From NCBI GenBank assembly GCA_944368815.1, contig CALVXD010000003.1, positions 1 to 56,721 of the forward strand: a DNA stretch of 56,721 bases. Reading direction: 5' to 3'. This stretch comes from an uncultured Bacilli bacterium (GTDB lineage Bacteria; Bacillota_I; Bacilli_A; RF39; UBA660). The notes beneath the pieces were generated by a model. That model ran no database searches and was not told the DNA's origin. It saw nothing but the letters and a program-made list of their open reading frames with translations. Shown in pieces: positions 29,110 through 39,091 of the stretch; positions within the stretch are counted from its first letter, which is position 1, and each line of letters starts with the position of its first letter. The position numbers were made by a program, and so were the translations under genes.

Positions 29110-29607
29110 ATGAAAAAAGTGCTTTCCTTATTTGTATTATTATTTTTATTTGGATGTGCTCTTAATAATAGTCCTACTAGTAAAGTAGAAGAACTATTAA
29201 ATAAATATCAAATGCTAGATGAAGATATAAAAAATGAAATAGATACTATAACAGATAAAGAAAATTTAACAGATAATCAAAAAGATAGATATAAAAAAAT
29301 AATAGAAAATCAATATAAAAATTTAAGTTATGATATAAAAGATGAAGAAATAGATGGAGATAAAGCCACTGTAACTGTACAGATTAAAGTAAAAGATTAT
29401 AAGAAAGTTATTAAAGAATTAGATGAAGAATATAAAGATAAAGAATACACTTTAGAAGAATATAATGATGCTAAATTAGATAAATTAGAAGGTGCTAAAG
29501 ATACTGTGATTTATACTTTAGAACTAGATGTATATAAAAGTGGAGATGAATGGAAAGTAGATAGTTTAAGTAATATTGATAAAAAGAAATTACAGGGAAT
29601 GTATTGA
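29110..29607 (+). CDS. Lipoprotein, NTF2-like (DUF4878-like)
   Basis: Lipobox LFGC; EEIDGDKATVTV, EWKV. Confidence 0.7.
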   Translation: MKKVLSLFVLLFLFGCALNNSPTSKVEELLNKYQMLDEDIKNEIDTITDKENLTDNQKDRYKKIIENQYKNLSYDIKDEEIDGDKATVTVQIKVKDYKKVIKELDEEYKDKEYTLEEYNDAKLDKLEGAKDTVIYTLELDVYKSGDEWKVDSLSNIDKKKLQGMY

Positions 29608-29638
29608 TATACATTTTCTTTTTTTTATAAAAAATACA

Positions 29639-29667
29639 TTGACGTAGAACATATGTTTGTGTATAAT
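29639..29667 (+). promoter_or_regulatory. Sigma-A promoter containing a Firmicute LexA (Cheo) box
   Basis: TTGACG(29639-44)-17 bp-TATAAT(29662-67) with GAAC-ATAT-GTTT at 29647-29658. Confidence 0.7.
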
Positions 29668-29705
29668 AGTAAGCATAAAAATTATTTAAGATTGGAGGAA
29701 ATAAA

Positions 29706-30560
29706 ATGAAAGAAGATAAAATGCATTTAATTAATAAAATATTTAATAATGATACTATAAGAACTGTGTGGGATAAAGATAAAGAAAAATATTATATAAG
29801 TATAGTTGATATGGTTGGAGTTTTATCTGGTAGCGATAGACCAAGAAAATATTGGAGTGACTTAAAAAAGAAACTTATCGAAGAAGGAAATGAAGTGTCC
29901 GAGAAAATCGGACAGTTAAAGTTAAAAGCACAGGATGGTAAATATCGTTTAACTGATGTATGCGATATTGAAGAAATGTTTCGAATAATTGAGTCAATTC
30001 CATCAAAGAATGCGGAACCAGTGAAACTTTGGTTAGCTAAATTAGGAAGTGAAAGAATTGATGAAGTATTTGATCCGTCAATAACTGCTCAAAGAGCAAT
30101 TGATTTATATAGAGCAAAAGGTTATGATGAATATTGGATAGCAAAAAGAATAAAAGGAATTCAGGATAGAAAACAACTTACAGATGTATGGAAGGATGGT
30201 GGAATAACTGAATCAAAGGAATATGCAATTCTAACCAATGAAATATATAAAAGTTGGTCAGGAATGACAGCAAAAGAATATAAGGTATTTAAGGGACTTA
30301 GAAAAGAATCTTTAAGGGATAATATGTCAGATATTGAAGTTGCTCTTGCTGATATAGGAGAACTTGCAACTCGTGAAATTGCTAAACAACATAAACCAAG
30401 AGGCTTAGATGAAAATATAGAAGTTGCTAAAAGAGGTGGAAGAATAGCTAACAATACTAGAAAAGATTTAGAGGAAGAAATTGGTAAGTCAGTAATAACT
30501 AAAGATAATACTTTGCCATATGAATATAAAGAAGAAAAGTTAGTAGAAAATAATAAATAG
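29706..30560 (+). CDS. Bro-N domain protein (antirepressor-like)
   Basis: IRTVWD....YYISIVD, RKYWSDLK.KL, LKAQDGKYRLTD, IESIPS..AEP.K.WLA, LRDNM. Confidence 0.85.
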   Translation: MKEDKMHLINKIFNNDTIRTVWDKDKEKYYISIVDMVGVLSGSDRPRKYWSDLKKKLIEEGNEVSEKIGQLKLKAQDGKYRLTDVCDIEEMFRIIESIPSKNAEPVKLWLAKLGSERIDEVFDPSITAQRAIDLYRAKGYDEYWIAKRIKGIQDRKQLTDVWKDGGITESKEYAILTNEIYKSWSGMTAKEYKVFKGLRKESLRDNMSDIEVALADIGELATREIAKQHKPRGLDENIEVAKRGGRIANNTRKDLEEEIGKSVITKDNTLPYEYKEEKLVENNK

Positions 30561-30577
30561 TATCAAATTACTATTTT

Positions 30578-30768
30578 CAGACTGTTGACAAACTACCTTT
30601 TTTGAAAAAATCTAAAAATTGAATTTTCAAAAGTGGGAGTAAAACTTTAAAAATCAAATAATTTTAGATGATAATTTCCTAAAATTGTTCTTTTTTTATA
30701 TTAAAGTGGGGAATATAAAAAGCCGATTGACAAAGCCGATTTGAAAAATCGACTTTGTCAACGGCCTG
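30578..30768. mobile_element. 191-bp non-autonomous MITE (IS1182-like) with 24-bp target duplication
   Basis: TIRs CAGACTGTTGACAAA / TTTGTCAACGGCCTG (13/15); flanked by identical TAAATAGTATCAAATTACTATTTT at 30554-30577 and 30769-30792. Confidence 0.8.
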
Positions 30769-30843
30769 TAAATAGTATCAAATTACTATTTTGTTTTTCT
30801 TTACTAATAATAATTATTATGCTAAAATTATTTTAGAAAAGAG

Positions 30844-31950
30844 ATGAGATGTATGGCTAAAAATATAATTTTAACAGGGGATAGACCAACAGGTAAGTTA
30901 CATTTAGGACACTTTGTTGGATCACTTAGAGAAAGGGTTAGAATACAAGAAAGTGGTAGTTATGATGAAATGTATATAATGATAGCTGATGCTCAAGCAC
31001 TTACAGATAATGCTGATAATCCCGAAAAAATTAGGGAAAGCATTATAGAAGTAGCTCTTGATTATTTATCAGTGGGATTAGATCCAAATAAAATTTCAAT
31101 GTTTATTCAGTCTCAAGTGTCAGAATTAACAGAGCTTACTTTCTTTTATATGAATTTAGTTACATTAGCTAGATTAGAAAGAAATCCTACAGTTAAATCA
31201 GAAATAAAATTAAGAGAATTTAATAATTCTATTCCGGTTGGTTTTATGACTTATCCAATTAGTCAAGCAGCTGATATTACTGCATTTAAAGCGAATTTAG
31301 TTCCAGTAGGGGTTGATCAACTTCCAATGATTGAACAAACAAGAGAAATTGTTAGAAGTTTTAATAATACATATAAAAAGGAAGTCTTGGTTGAGCCTGA
31401 AGCAGTTTTACCTAATAATGAAGTATGTTTGAGATTGCCAGGAACAGATGGAAAAGCAAAGATGAGTAAAAGCTTGGGAAATTGTATTTATTTATCTGAT
31501 CCTTCAGAAGAAGTTAAGAAAAAAGTAATGAGCATGTATACTGATCCTAATCATATTAGGGTAGAAGATCCAGGAAAAGTAGAAGATAATACTGTATTTA
31601 CATATCTTGATGCTTTTTGTACTGATGAGCATTTTGCTAAGTATTTACCAGAATATAAAAATCTTGATGAATTAAAAGCACATTATCAAAAAGGCGGATT
31701 AGGGGATGTTAAAATAAAGAAATTTTTATTTAATGTTTTAGAAGAAGTTTTAACTCCAATTAGAGAAAAAAGAAAAATATATGAAAATAAAATAGAAGAA
31801 GTATATAATATATTAGAAAGAGGAAGTAACAAAGCAAGAGAAAAAGCTCAAGAAACTTTAAGAGAAGTTAAAGAGGCAATGAAAATTAATTATTTTGAAG
31901 ATAAAGAATTAATTAAATCACATATAGAAAAATATGATAAGGGGGAATAA
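30844..31950 (+). CDS. trpS: Tryptophan--tRNA ligase
   Basis: TGDRPTGKLHLGH, YPISQAADI, VPVGVDQ, KMSKS. Confidence 0.95.
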   Translation: MRCMAKNIILTGDRPTGKLHLGHFVGSLRERVRIQESGSYDEMYIMIADAQALTDNADNPEKIRESIIEVALDYLSVGLDPNKISMFIQSQVSELTELTFFYMNLVTLARLERNPTVKSEIKLREFNNSIPVGFMTYPISQAADITAFKANLVPVGVDQLPMIEQTREIVRSFNNTYKKEVLVEPEAVLPNNEVCLRLPGTDGKAKMSKSLGNCIYLSDPSEEVKKKVMSMYTDPNHIRVEDPGKVEDNTVFTYLDAFCTDEHFAKYLPEYKNLDELKAHYQKGGLGDVKIKKFLFNVLEEVLTPIREKRKIYENKIEEVYNILERGSNKAREKAQETLREVKEAMKINYFEDKELIKSHIEKYDKGE

Positions 31951-31952
31951 TT

Positions 31953-33239
31953 ATGTATCATTTTATAGGAATCAAGGGAGCAGGAATGAGTTCCCTTGCT
32001 AATATTATGAATGATTTAGGTTATGAAGTAAAAGGAAGTGATATTGAAAAACACTTCTTCACTGAAATAGGTTTAAATGAAAGAAATATAAAAATAACTG
32101 TATATGATAAAAATAATATATATGAAGGATTAACAATAATAAAAGGAGCTTCTATAACAGAAGATAACGTTGAATTAATGGAAGCTAAAAGACTTAATTT
32201 AGAAATTATTACTTATGAAGAAATGGTAGGAAGATTAACTACTAAGTTTAAAACAATTTGTGTATCAGGTTGCCATGGAAAAACAACGACAACAGCAATG
32301 TTATCTATTACTTTGCCTAGTACTAATTATCTAATCGGGGATGGTACTGGATTTGCTAAAAAAGATAATACTTATTTTGCTTTAGAGTCTTGTGAGTATA
32401 AAAGACATTTCTTAAATTACACACCATATTATTTAATAATCACTAATATTGATTTAGATCATGTTGATTATTTTAAAGATATTGATGATGTAATAGATGC
32501 TTATAATACATTAGCGAATAAGACTATAAAAAAGGTTATTATGTATGGAGATGATCCATATACTGGAAATTTGAAATTAGACAAAGAGCCAATTACTTAT
32601 GGACTATCTAGTAATAATGATGTAGTTGCTAAAAATATAGAATATAATGAAAATGGAATTAAGTTTGATGTTTATATTGACAATAATATGTTTGGTAAAT
32701 TTGATTTGCCATTATATGGAGAACATCAATTATTAGATTCTTTATCAGTAATAACAGTATGTTATTTAGAAGGTATGGATAGTAATACTATTCAAAGTAA
32801 TTTGAGTAAGTTTAAAGGGGCTAAAAGAAGATTTAGTGAAGTAGTTGTTAATGATTCAATTATAATAGATGATTATGCTCATCATCCAAATGAAATAAAA
32901 GCAACAATGGATGCTGTAAAACAAAAGTATCCAAATAAAAATATTGTAGCAATATTTCAACCACATACATTTACTAGAACTGAAGAGTTTGCAAGTGATA
33001 TTGTAAAATACTTAAATATGGGTGATTGTGCTTATGTACTTGATATTCATCCTGCTAGAGAAAAACAAGAAGATTACCCTGATGTTACATCTAATATAAT
33101 AATAGATAAATTAAATAATGGATATCATTTAAATATAACTGATGCAAAAATATTATCAAGACATAAAGGTAGTGTTTATGTATTTATGAGTCCAAATGAT
33201 TTATCTGTATTAGAAAAAGAATTAAAGGAGTTATTATAA
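31953..33239 (+). CDS. murC: UDP-N-acetylmuramate--L-alanine ligase
   Basis: HFIGIKGAGMS, GCHGKTTT, TNIDLDH.DYF, GAKRRF, DDYAHHP.E, FQPH. Confidence 0.95.
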   Translation: MYHFIGIKGAGMSSLANIMNDLGYEVKGSDIEKHFFTEIGLNERNIKITVYDKNNIYEGLTIIKGASITEDNVELMEAKRLNLEIITYEEMVGRLTTKFKTICVSGCHGKTTTTAMLSITLPSTNYLIGDGTGFAKKDNTYFALESCEYKRHFLNYTPYYLIITNIDLDHVDYFKDIDDVIDAYNTLANKTIKKVIMYGDDPYTGNLKLDKEPITYGLSSNNDVVAKNIEYNENGIKFDVYIDNNMFGKFDLPLYGEHQLLDSLSVITVCYLEGMDSNTIQSNLSKFKGAKRRFSEVVVNDSIIIDDYAHHPNEIKATMDAVKQKYPNKNIVAIFQPHTFTRTEEFASDIVKYLNMGDCAYVLDIHPAREKQEDYPDVTSNIIIDKLNNGYHLNITDAKILSRHKGSVYVFMSPNDLSVLEKELKELL

Positions 33240-33463
33240 TGGATATTAAAGTAGGGAATGTTTATAAACATTTTAAAGGAATGAAAGTTAAAGTAATAGC
33301 TTTAGCTAAAGACTCAGAAACTTTAGAAGATATGATAGTATATGAACACTTGGATACTAAAGAAGTATGGGTAAGACCATATAAAATGTTTATATCAAAA
33401 GTAGACAAAGAAAAGTATCCAAATATTTCACAAGAATATAGATTTGAATTACAAAGAGATTAA
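33239..33463 (+). CDS. DUF1653 domain protein
   Basis: YKHFKG, DSET.E..IVY, WVRPY.MF, QEYRF. Confidence 0.85.
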   Translation: MDIKVGNVYKHFKGMKVKVIALAKDSETLEDMIVYEHLDTKEVWVRPYKMFISKVDKEKYPNISQEYRFELQRD

Positions 33464-33525
33464 AGTGCTAATAAAAGTTAGCATTTTTTTTAATATTTAA
33501 TACTAAGATATATTGGAGGGATAAT

Positions 33526-34029
33526 ATGATATTTGAAAGTAAAATACCTTATCCAAAAATAGAAGTAGAGACTAAAAACTATTCATATGCTAATTTACTT
33601 AGAAAAGCATATGCTAGTGAAACTAGTGAAGATACAGCAATTCATTTATATTTATATCAAGCATTAATATTACAAAAAGATTATCCGGATATATCTAATA
33701 TATTAAAGAAAATATCAGTAGTAGAAATGAAACATTTAGAAACACTTGGAGAATTAATACTACTTCTTGGAGTAAAACCAATATATTCGTCCCCTTATCG
33801 AAATGGACTTAGTAAATATTTTAATACGTCTTATGTAAAATATAATACAAATTTACAAGAGATATTAAGAATTAATATTGAAGCAGAAACACAAGCAATA
33901 TATTATTATAATTATTTAACTAAAGTAATAAAAGATAAATATATTGTTAATATACTTAAAAGGATAATTGTTGATGAGCAAATACATTTAGGAATATTTA
34001 ATAATTTATATAAAGAATATTTTAAATAG
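33526..34029 (+). CDS. Ferritin-like / Mn-catalase-like (CotJC-related) protein
   Basis: SEDTAI..Y, EMKH, AETQAI..Y, DEQIH di-metal motifs. Confidence 0.75.
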   Translation: MIFESKIPYPKIEVETKNYSYANLLRKAYASETSEDTAIHLYLYQALILQKDYPDISNILKKISVVEMKHLETLGELILLLGVKPIYSSPYRNGLSKYFNTSYVKYNTNLQEILRINIEAETQAIYYYNYLTKVIKDKYIVNILKRIIVDEQIHLGIFNNLYKEYFK

Positions 34030-34065
34030 ATAATTATTAATTTAATTATTCTTTTTTTTATATTA

Positions 34066-34085
34066 TTTATTGTAATTACAATAAA
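34066..34085. promoter_or_regulatory. Perfect 20-bp palindromic operator over the -35 region
   Basis: TTTATTGTAA-TTACAATAAA upstream of TGaTATATT and the 34139 operon. Confidence 0.45.
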
Positions 34086-34138
34086 CTTATGATATATTGT
34101 GGTAAAGAATGTATTGTTTTTATAAGAAGGAGATTTAA

Positions 34139-35056
34139 ATGAATAATTGGCAATTGTTAAAAGACAAATTATTAACTAAAAAAACATTTTTATTTTTAAT
34201 AGTTAGTTTGGGAGTGCTTTTTATCATATTTTTTATAAATAAAAATGAAATATTATATGGTGTAAATAATTATACTAATAATCATTATTTAAAGTATTAC
34301 ATAGATTCTTATTTAAATGGCAATGCTAGTAATTTAATTATTGATAATGATGTTATTATGTATATGGAAAATGACATTATGAAACTATTATCAGCACCAT
34401 TTATATATTTAATTACAGAGTGTTCTAGTATATTTAAAATATATACAATAATATTTCCATTATTTTTATTTTATGTTATTGGAAATAATTTATTTGATGA
34501 AGTTCATAATGGATTTTTAAAATTAAAAATATTAAAATTAGGTCAAAAAAGATATACTAGTTCACTAATTGTGACAACTTTGATATATGGTGGATTATTA
34601 GCAGTTATTCCTAAGTTATTATATTATTTATTACTAAATGTATTTTACAGCCCTGGTTTTTCTCATACTCATTATTTAAAATTTAGTTTGTTAAATAGTG
34701 TAGCGGAAAGTATTTATACACATTATGATGCAATAATTCTTTGCTGTATGGACTTATTAATAAGCTTTTTATATGGAATGATTATTGCAATAATAGTAAT
34801 TTTAGCAACTTTCTTAATGAAGAAAAAAGTTAATACCTTCTTATTTTTAATAATAGTATTTTTATCTCAAATTGTTTTAGCAAATATTATAGGAATATCA
34901 ATGATATTTAATTATTTTTCTATATATGATTTTATTGGAAATCAAACTGTATTTCCTTCTTATCTAAATATAATTTTTAATCCAATAATCTTGTTTATAT
35001 TATTGTTAGTAATTTGTATTATTATAGTAAAAAGGAGAATTAATGATTATATATGA
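34139..35056 (+). CDS. Putative ABC exporter permease
   Basis: About 6 TM; co-transcribed with ATPase at 35778. Confidence 0.6.
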   Translation: MNNWQLLKDKLLTKKTFLFLIVSLGVLFIIFFINKNEILYGVNNYTNNHYLKYYIDSYLNGNASNLIIDNDVIMYMENDIMKLLSAPFIYLITECSSIFKIYTIIFPLFLFYVIGNNLFDEVHNGFLKLKILKLGQKRYTSSLIVTTLIYGGLLAVIPKLLYYLLLNVFYSPGFSHTHYLKFSLLNSVAESIYTHYDAIILCCMDLLISFLYGMIIAIIVILATFLMKKKVNTFLFLIIVFLSQIVLANIIGISMIFNYFSIYDFIGNQTVFPSYLNIIFNPIILFILLLVICIIIVKRRINDYI

Positions 35057-35781
35057 GTAGTTTATTAAAGACAATATTTAAAAGTAAAAAATTTTATTTA
35101 ATAATAACTATAATACTTATTCTTAACATATTTATTTCTAAACCATATATTCAATCTATTTATGAAGTATTTATATCAAAAAATATAGATGTTAAACAAG
35201 AGTATTTAATTGGATGTTTAATATATCCAATAAATTTTGAAAATATAAATATAATACTATTTTCTATTTTTACGATTTGTTATTTATGTATAATATTTTA
35301 TCCAATATTACAAATTATATCTTTTTTCTTAAATGATTTTCCAATGGCTACAGTAAATATAGGAAGAGATAAAGTAATTAAAAATATATATATATTTTCT
35401 TTAATATATAGTTTTATAATAACTGTTATTTATGTTTTAGTATTACTTTTATATTATTATTTTGTAACGGGTGTATTTATATTTCCATTATTCTTTATAA
35501 ATTTATTTGTTCTTAAATATTTATTTTGTTTAATTAGCATTAATATTTTTATAACTATTTATTTAATATTTAATGAATATTTTTATAGTTATTTATTTGC
35601 AATAGGTAGTAATATATTTATTAATTATTTATGTACAACATTTACAATAACTATAATAAACGAAAAGATAATATTTAATAATACTGTAATGTTTATCATG
35701 TTTTCTATTTTATTAATAACTTTGACATATATATTTATGAAAAAAATAATAGCAACCAAAGACTTAGGAGGTGCACAATGA
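35053..35781 (+). CDS. Putative ABC exporter permease
   Basis: About 6 TM; ATGA overlaps at both ends. Confidence 0.55.
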   Translation: MSSLLKTIFKSKKFYLIITIILILNIFISKPYIQSIYEVFISKNIDVKQEYLIGCLIYPINFENINIILFSIFTICYLCIIFYPILQIISFFLNDFPMATVNIGRDKVIKNIYIFSLIYSFIITVIYVLVLLLYYYFVTGVFIFPLFFINLFVLKYLFCLISINIFITIYLIFNEYFYSYLFAIGSNIFINYLCTTFTITIINEKIIFNNTVMFIMFSILLITLTYIFMKKIIATKDLGGAQ

Positions 35782-36413
35782 ACATAATAGAAGTAAAAAA
35801 TGTAACAAAGAAGTTTGATGATAAAATAATTGTAAATTCTCTTACATTAAATGTAAAACAAGGAGAAACAATAGGAATTGTGGGTAGAAATGGAAGTGGT
35901 AAAACTGTTTTATTAAAGATGATATGTGGTTTATATATACCTACAAGTGGTGATATTGCTATTAATTCCAATAAAAGTAATGCTGAAAAATTAGGAGTAT
36001 TAATTGATAGTAATTTTCTAAGTGATGAAACAGGATTTTATAATTTAAAATTATTATCACAACTAGGAGTTAAAATAAAAGAAGATAAAATATATGAAAT
36101 GTTAAATTTAGTAGGATTAGATCCATACAATAAAACAAAATATAAAAATTATTCAACAGGGATGAAACAAAAATTAAAATTAGCAAATGCCCTTATGTAT
36201 GATAGTGAAATATTAATATTAGATGAACCATTTAATGGATTAGATAAAGATAGTGTTAATCATTTTAGAAATATTATTTTACAGTATAAAAAACAAAAAA
36301 AGACTATACTTTTAACTAGTCATAATTATGAAGATATAAAACTTTTATGTGATAAAATATATGAAATGGATAAAGGAATTTTAAAAGAAGTAGATGATTA
36401 TGAAGAAAAATAA
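35778..36413 (+). CDS. ABC transporter ATP-binding protein
   Basis: GRNGSGKT, YSTGMKQKL, ILDEP, TSH. Confidence 0.88.
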   Translation: MNIIEVKNVTKKFDDKIIVNSLTLNVKQGETIGIVGRNGSGKTVLLKMICGLYIPTSGDIAINSNKSNAEKLGVLIDSNFLSDETGFYNLKLLSQLGVKIKEDKIYEMLNLVGLDPYNKTKYKNYSTGMKQKLKLANALMYDSEILILDEPFNGLDKDSVNHFRNIILQYKKQKKTILLTSHNYEDIKLLCDKIYEMDKGILKEVDDYEEK

Positions 36414-37293
36414 AAAAAATTTACTTTTAATAATTAGTATATTATTAGTTATAGGTTCTATTCTAGGAATAATATCAAATGATTATATTCAAAAAGAAAA
36501 ACAAGAGTATGATAATTATAAAGATTATACAATGGGTTCTATTATATTAACTTTTAATGCAATGGATAATATAAATGATAAATATAAAGAAATTAGGTAT
36601 CAAGAAAGATATATAAAAGGAAAATTTACCCCAATTGAAGATTATATTTTTGATTATATAAGTTATAATTATATTCCTATATTTAAATATATTATAACTA
36701 AAACTAATAATGAAGAACTTATTTTAAGTATTTCAAAAATGTTTGAATTTGGTACTATATATAAATTTAATAAATTATCAAATGGAGATGATATCTTTAT
36801 TTCTCATAATAACAAATATTATTATAAAAAAGATGGATACTATTATTATGAAACAAAAAGAAGAGTAATGAATAAAGAAGATTATAATAAATTATATTTA
36901 AAATATAATGATAAGAATATTGATGAATACTTTATTTCATTATTATTTGAAGATTATGAAATATCCAATTTATATTCCAAAAAAGAATTATTAGAAATAC
37001 TAAATGCTGAAGAGAGATATATAAAATTTTATAATGAATATCAAGATGTTATTATTAATTGTGTTGTAAATGATTTAAATAAGTTTAATGAATATTTGTT
37101 TTCTTTTGTAGATAAAGATAGAAAAATTACAATAGATATTGAAGGTGTGGAAATAGAACTTGTATATAGATTTGAAAAATTACATAAGATATACAACGAA
37201 GTAACAAAGTATAGTAATTATCTATATAGAATGGATTTAGAATATACTTTAAATCAATTAGAAGAACAAGGATTTCCTTTATTATATATTTAA
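36394..37293 (+). CDS. Hypothetical membrane-anchored Tyr-rich protein
   Basis: N-terminal TM; overlaps ATPase stop. Confidence 0.6.
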   Translation: MIMKKNKKNLLLIISILLVIGSILGIISNDYIQKEKQEYDNYKDYTMGSIILTFNAMDNINDKYKEIRYQERYIKGKFTPIEDYIFDYISYNYIPIFKYIITKTNNEELILSISKMFEFGTIYKFNKLSNGDDIFISHNNKYYYKKDGYYYYETKRRVMNKEDYNKLYLKYNDKNIDEYFISLLFEDYEISNLYSKKELLEILNAEERYIKFYNEYQDVIINCVVNDLNKFNEYLFSFVDKDRKITIDIEGVEIELVYRFEKLHKIYNEVTKYSNYLYRMDLEYTLNQLEEQGFPLLYI

Positions 37294-37433
37294 AAAGATT
37301 AATTGATAGATTTTATTATATGTGAAATTTGTCTAAATTATATCTTAATGTAAAAATTAAAATAAACACTGATAGGTGCAACAAACTTAAATGATTTCTT
37401 ATTATACGTGTTATAATTATATAAAAGAATGAG

Positions 37434-38099
37434 GTGCTTATGAAAAAAATATTAATAGTAGAAGATGATATAAGTATTCATAATTTAATTAAAGAAATTT
37501 TATTAAGTGAACATTATAAAATATTGGATGCATATTCAGGATCTGAAGCAATTATGATACTTGAAAAAGAAAATGTTGATTTGATTTTATTAGATTTAAT
37601 GCTACCTAGTGTTAATGGCGAAGAAATAATTAAAAAATTCAGTCAAATTCCAATTATTGTTATTAGTGCAAAAATTTCAGTAGATGATAAAATAAAAAAT
37701 TTGCTAAATGGGGCAGATGATTATATTACTAAACCATTTAATAATGAAGAATTATTAGCAAGAGTCAAAGCAAGATTAAGAAATAAAGATAATTATAATT
37801 ATGATTTAAAATTCAAAGAATTAAAATTATCAATTGATAGCAGAATATTATATGTTTGTGATAATAAAGTCAATTTAACTAAAACGGAATATGCTATTTT
37901 AAAACAATTATTGCTTTCGCCAAATAAAGTAATTTCAAAAAATAAAATGCTTGAATTAATAAGTTTTGATACACCTGATTGTGATGAAAATTCATTGAAA
38001 GTCCATATTAGTAATTTAAAGAAAAAAATTCAAAAATTTTCTAATAAAAAATACATTGAATCGGTTTGGGGAATAGGTTATAAAATTTTTGATGACTAA
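37434..38099 (+). CDS. OmpR family response regulator
   Basis: ILIVEDD, LLDLMLP, GADDYITKPF, LTKTE, IESVWGIGY. Confidence 0.92.
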   Translation: MLMKKILIVEDDISIHNLIKEILLSEHYKILDAYSGSEAIMILEKENVDLILLDLMLPSVNGEEIIKKFSQIPIIVISAKISVDDKIKNLLNGADDYITKPFNNEELLARVKARLRNKDNYNYDLKFKELKLSIDSRILYVCDNKVNLTKTEYAILKQLLLSPNKVISKNKMLELISFDTPDCDENSLKVHISNLKKKIQKFSNKKYIESVWGIGYKIFDD

Positions 38100-38142
38100 T
38101 CTTAACTAAATCTTAACTTTTTTTTAACTATTATCTTAACTA
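38100..38142 (+). promoter_or_regulatory. Tandem direct repeats, probable response-regulator binding site
   Basis: TCTTAAC/TTTTAAC at 38100, 38111, 38122, 38134 (11-12 bp period). Confidence 0.6.
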
Positions 38143-38179
38143 TTTTTTAGTAAAATAATTTTTAGAGAGGAGTATATAT

Positions 38180-39091
38180 ATGATTAATGTATTAGAAGTA
38201 CATAATATTGAAAAAAGATATAAAAATATCAGTGTTTTGAAAAATCTTAATATGACTATTAAAAAAGGTGCAATATATGGACTAATTGGTAAAAATGGAA
38301 GTGGAAAGACTACTTTAATCCGTATTATAACAGGATTACAAAATCCTACAAGTGGTTTTTATTCACTATATAACGTTCCTTATAATGATAGTAATATTTT
38401 AGATAAGAGAAATAGAATAGGGGCAATAGTTGAAACTCCATCTATGTATGGAAATATGTCTGCAAAAGATAATTTAATAGTCCAATTTAAGAATATTGGT
38501 ATTCCATCTTTAAATAAAATTGATTATTTGCTAAAAATTGTTGGTCTACAAAATGTCGGATCAAAGAAAGTTAAATATTTTTCTTTAGGAATGAAACAAA
38601 GATTAGGTATTGCTATAGCTTTATCATCTAATCCTGATTTTCTTATTTTAGATGAACCTATTAATGGGTTAGATCCTGAAGGAATAATTGAAATAAGAGA
38701 ATTAATACTTAATTTAAATAAAAAAGGTATAACTATTTTGATATCTAGTCATTACCTTGATGAATTATCTAAAATAGCAACTTATTATGGCTTTTTAGAT
38801 AATGGAAGAATTATAAGTGAGATTAGTGCAGATGAATTAAATCAAAAAATGAGAAAAAAAATAATTGTAAAGGTAAATAATTTAAAAGAAGCTGTTAAAT
38901 ATTTTGAAATTAAAAGTATATCATATGAAGTTAATGACAATTCCCAAATAAGTATTTATGGAAGTGTAAATATATCAGAAATAGTGCTAGATTTATCAAA
39001 GAGAAAATGTATAATTGAAGAAATTCATGAAAATAATGAGACTCTTGAAAATTATTATATTAATTTAATTGGAAGTGATAGACGTGATTAA
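38180..39091 (+). CDS. ABC ATP-binding protein (BcrA/LanF-like)
   Basis: GKNGSGKTT, FSLGMKQRLGIA, LDEPINGLDPEG, ISSH. Confidence 0.88.
   Translation: MINVLEVHNIEKRYKNISVLKNLNMTIKKGAIYGLIGKNGSGKTTLIRIITGLQNPTSGFYSLYNVPYNDSNILDKRNRIGAIVETPSMYGNMSAKDNLIVQFKNIGIPSLNKIDYLLKIVGLQNVGSKKVKYFSLGMKQRLGIAIALSSNPDFLILDEPINGLDPEGIIEIRELILNLNKKGITILISSHYLDELSKIATYYGFLDNGRIISEISADELNQKMRKKIIVKVNNLKEAVKYFEIKSISYEVNDNSQISIYGSVNISEIVLDLSKRKCIIEEIHENNETLENYYINLIGSDRRD

Noticed and set aside
30560-30843. T-box leader for trpS
   Set aside because: No T-box consensus; the structured region is explained by the MITE
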